Origin: Cytophagales bacterium
Lineage (GTDB): Bacteria; Bacteroidota; Bacteroidia; Cytophagales; JAAEPT01
Direction of reading: 5' to 3'
Assembly (NCBI GenBank): GCA_024232295.1
Contig: JAAEPT010000103.1
Location: 5,063-69,062 of the forward strand
DNA: 64,000 nucleotides
Part shown: in pieces, positions 63,346 to 64,000 of the stretch
Numbering within the stretch: the stretch's first letter is position 1
Layout of the letters: every line of letters begins with the position of its first letter
Program-made: the position numbers and the translations under genes
The notes under the pieces: model-generated
The model's database searches: none
Told to the model about the DNA's origin: nothing
The model's input: the letters and a program-made list of their open reading frames with translations, nothing else

Positions 63346-64000
63346 TTAGAACTCTTGGAGACGATGACGCATATTCAAACGCAAACCTACTGAAAGAAAT
63401 TGGTTTTCGTTACTTAAAATAGATAATTCATTTACTTCCTTACGGTACACATGTCGAACATCTATAAACAAGTTATGTTTCACTTGATAAGACACTGTCA
63501 AGTCCCAAAATAAAATATCTGAGGTAAAACCTTGACCTATTTCATTGTCATAATCTTGTTCTCTACTTCTGTAAGATTGTAGAATATCTTGCCCCCAATT
63601 TGTTCCCAAAGTATCTTTTCCTACTCTTGACCAAAACACTTTATTTGTAATATGAAGTTTTGGCAGAGGTTGAGCCTTGATAATTCCCAAGAACTCATAA
63701 AAGTTAGCACCCAAAGGATGTGCCAATGCTTGATTGAAGTGACTGTAGCTTGTATAATTGTCAATATGTCCGTACATGTAGGGACGCACAACATTCATTT
63801 CCATTTGCAAATCCAAATTTTTGACACCTGCTACATTAATGTATTTCAGACCTAATTGCCCAGATTGTTTATTTGCCCACCAACCATCTTGTGCTCTAAT
63901 GTGAGAAAGTTTAAATTCATCCAATACAATTTGTCCATACAATGAAAAACGGTGCAAAAACTTCCATTGAAAGTCTAAACCTAATAATGCATTCCCTGCA
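63346..64000 (-). CDS. Outer-membrane beta-barrel protein, Wzi/RemB-like (5' end outside the window)
   Basis: YGQIVLDEF, GWWANK, VRPYMY, HFNQALAHPLGANF, C-terminal Phe; frame open to the window edge. Confidence 0.6.
   Translation of the reverse strand, partial: AGNALLGLDFQWKFLHRFSLYGQIVLDEFKLSHIRAQDGWWANKQSGQLGLKYINVAGVKNLDLQMEMNVVRPYMYGHIDNYTSYSHFNQALAHPLGANFYEFLGIIKAQPLPKLHITNKVFWSRVGKDTLGTNWGQDILQSYRSREQDYDNEIGQGFTSDILFWDLTVSYQVKHNLFIDVRHVYRKEVNELSILSNENQFLSVGLRLNMRHRLQEF

Overview
AT-rich chromosomal window from a Bacteroidota bacterium, probably Cytophagales-like (TAnnTTTG promoters, a T9SS C-terminal-domain protein, short CarB, DUF4175/ybeY/mnmG block). Most of it is housekeeping genes (uvrA, ptrB, lptB, recJ, msrA, asnB, carB, ppa, apt, mnmG, ybeY, xth, gmhA) plus three tandem tRNA-Val(TAC). 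The notable structure is non-coding. (1) A probable replication-origin region at 44.4-46.6 kb has many DnaA-box matches and a ~395-bp A-B-A'-B' macro-repeat. (2) A ~173-bp tandem array upstream of mnmG carries one parS-like palindrome per unit. (3) A 164-bp MITE-like element with 18-bp terminal inverted repeats and 3-bp target duplications occurs twice; one copy rewrites a gene's C-terminus and the other interrupts the parS array. (4) A stand-alone ~430-nt candidate ncRNA at 37.58-38.0 kb lies between an ECF-type promoter and a strong terminator and holds three same-length GGGA-hairpin...CAAGAT modules. There is also a T9SS cargo/PID-CTERM-like/exosortase cassette and two pseudogenes with two lesions each. 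All calls come from reading the sequence by eye; no searches were run.
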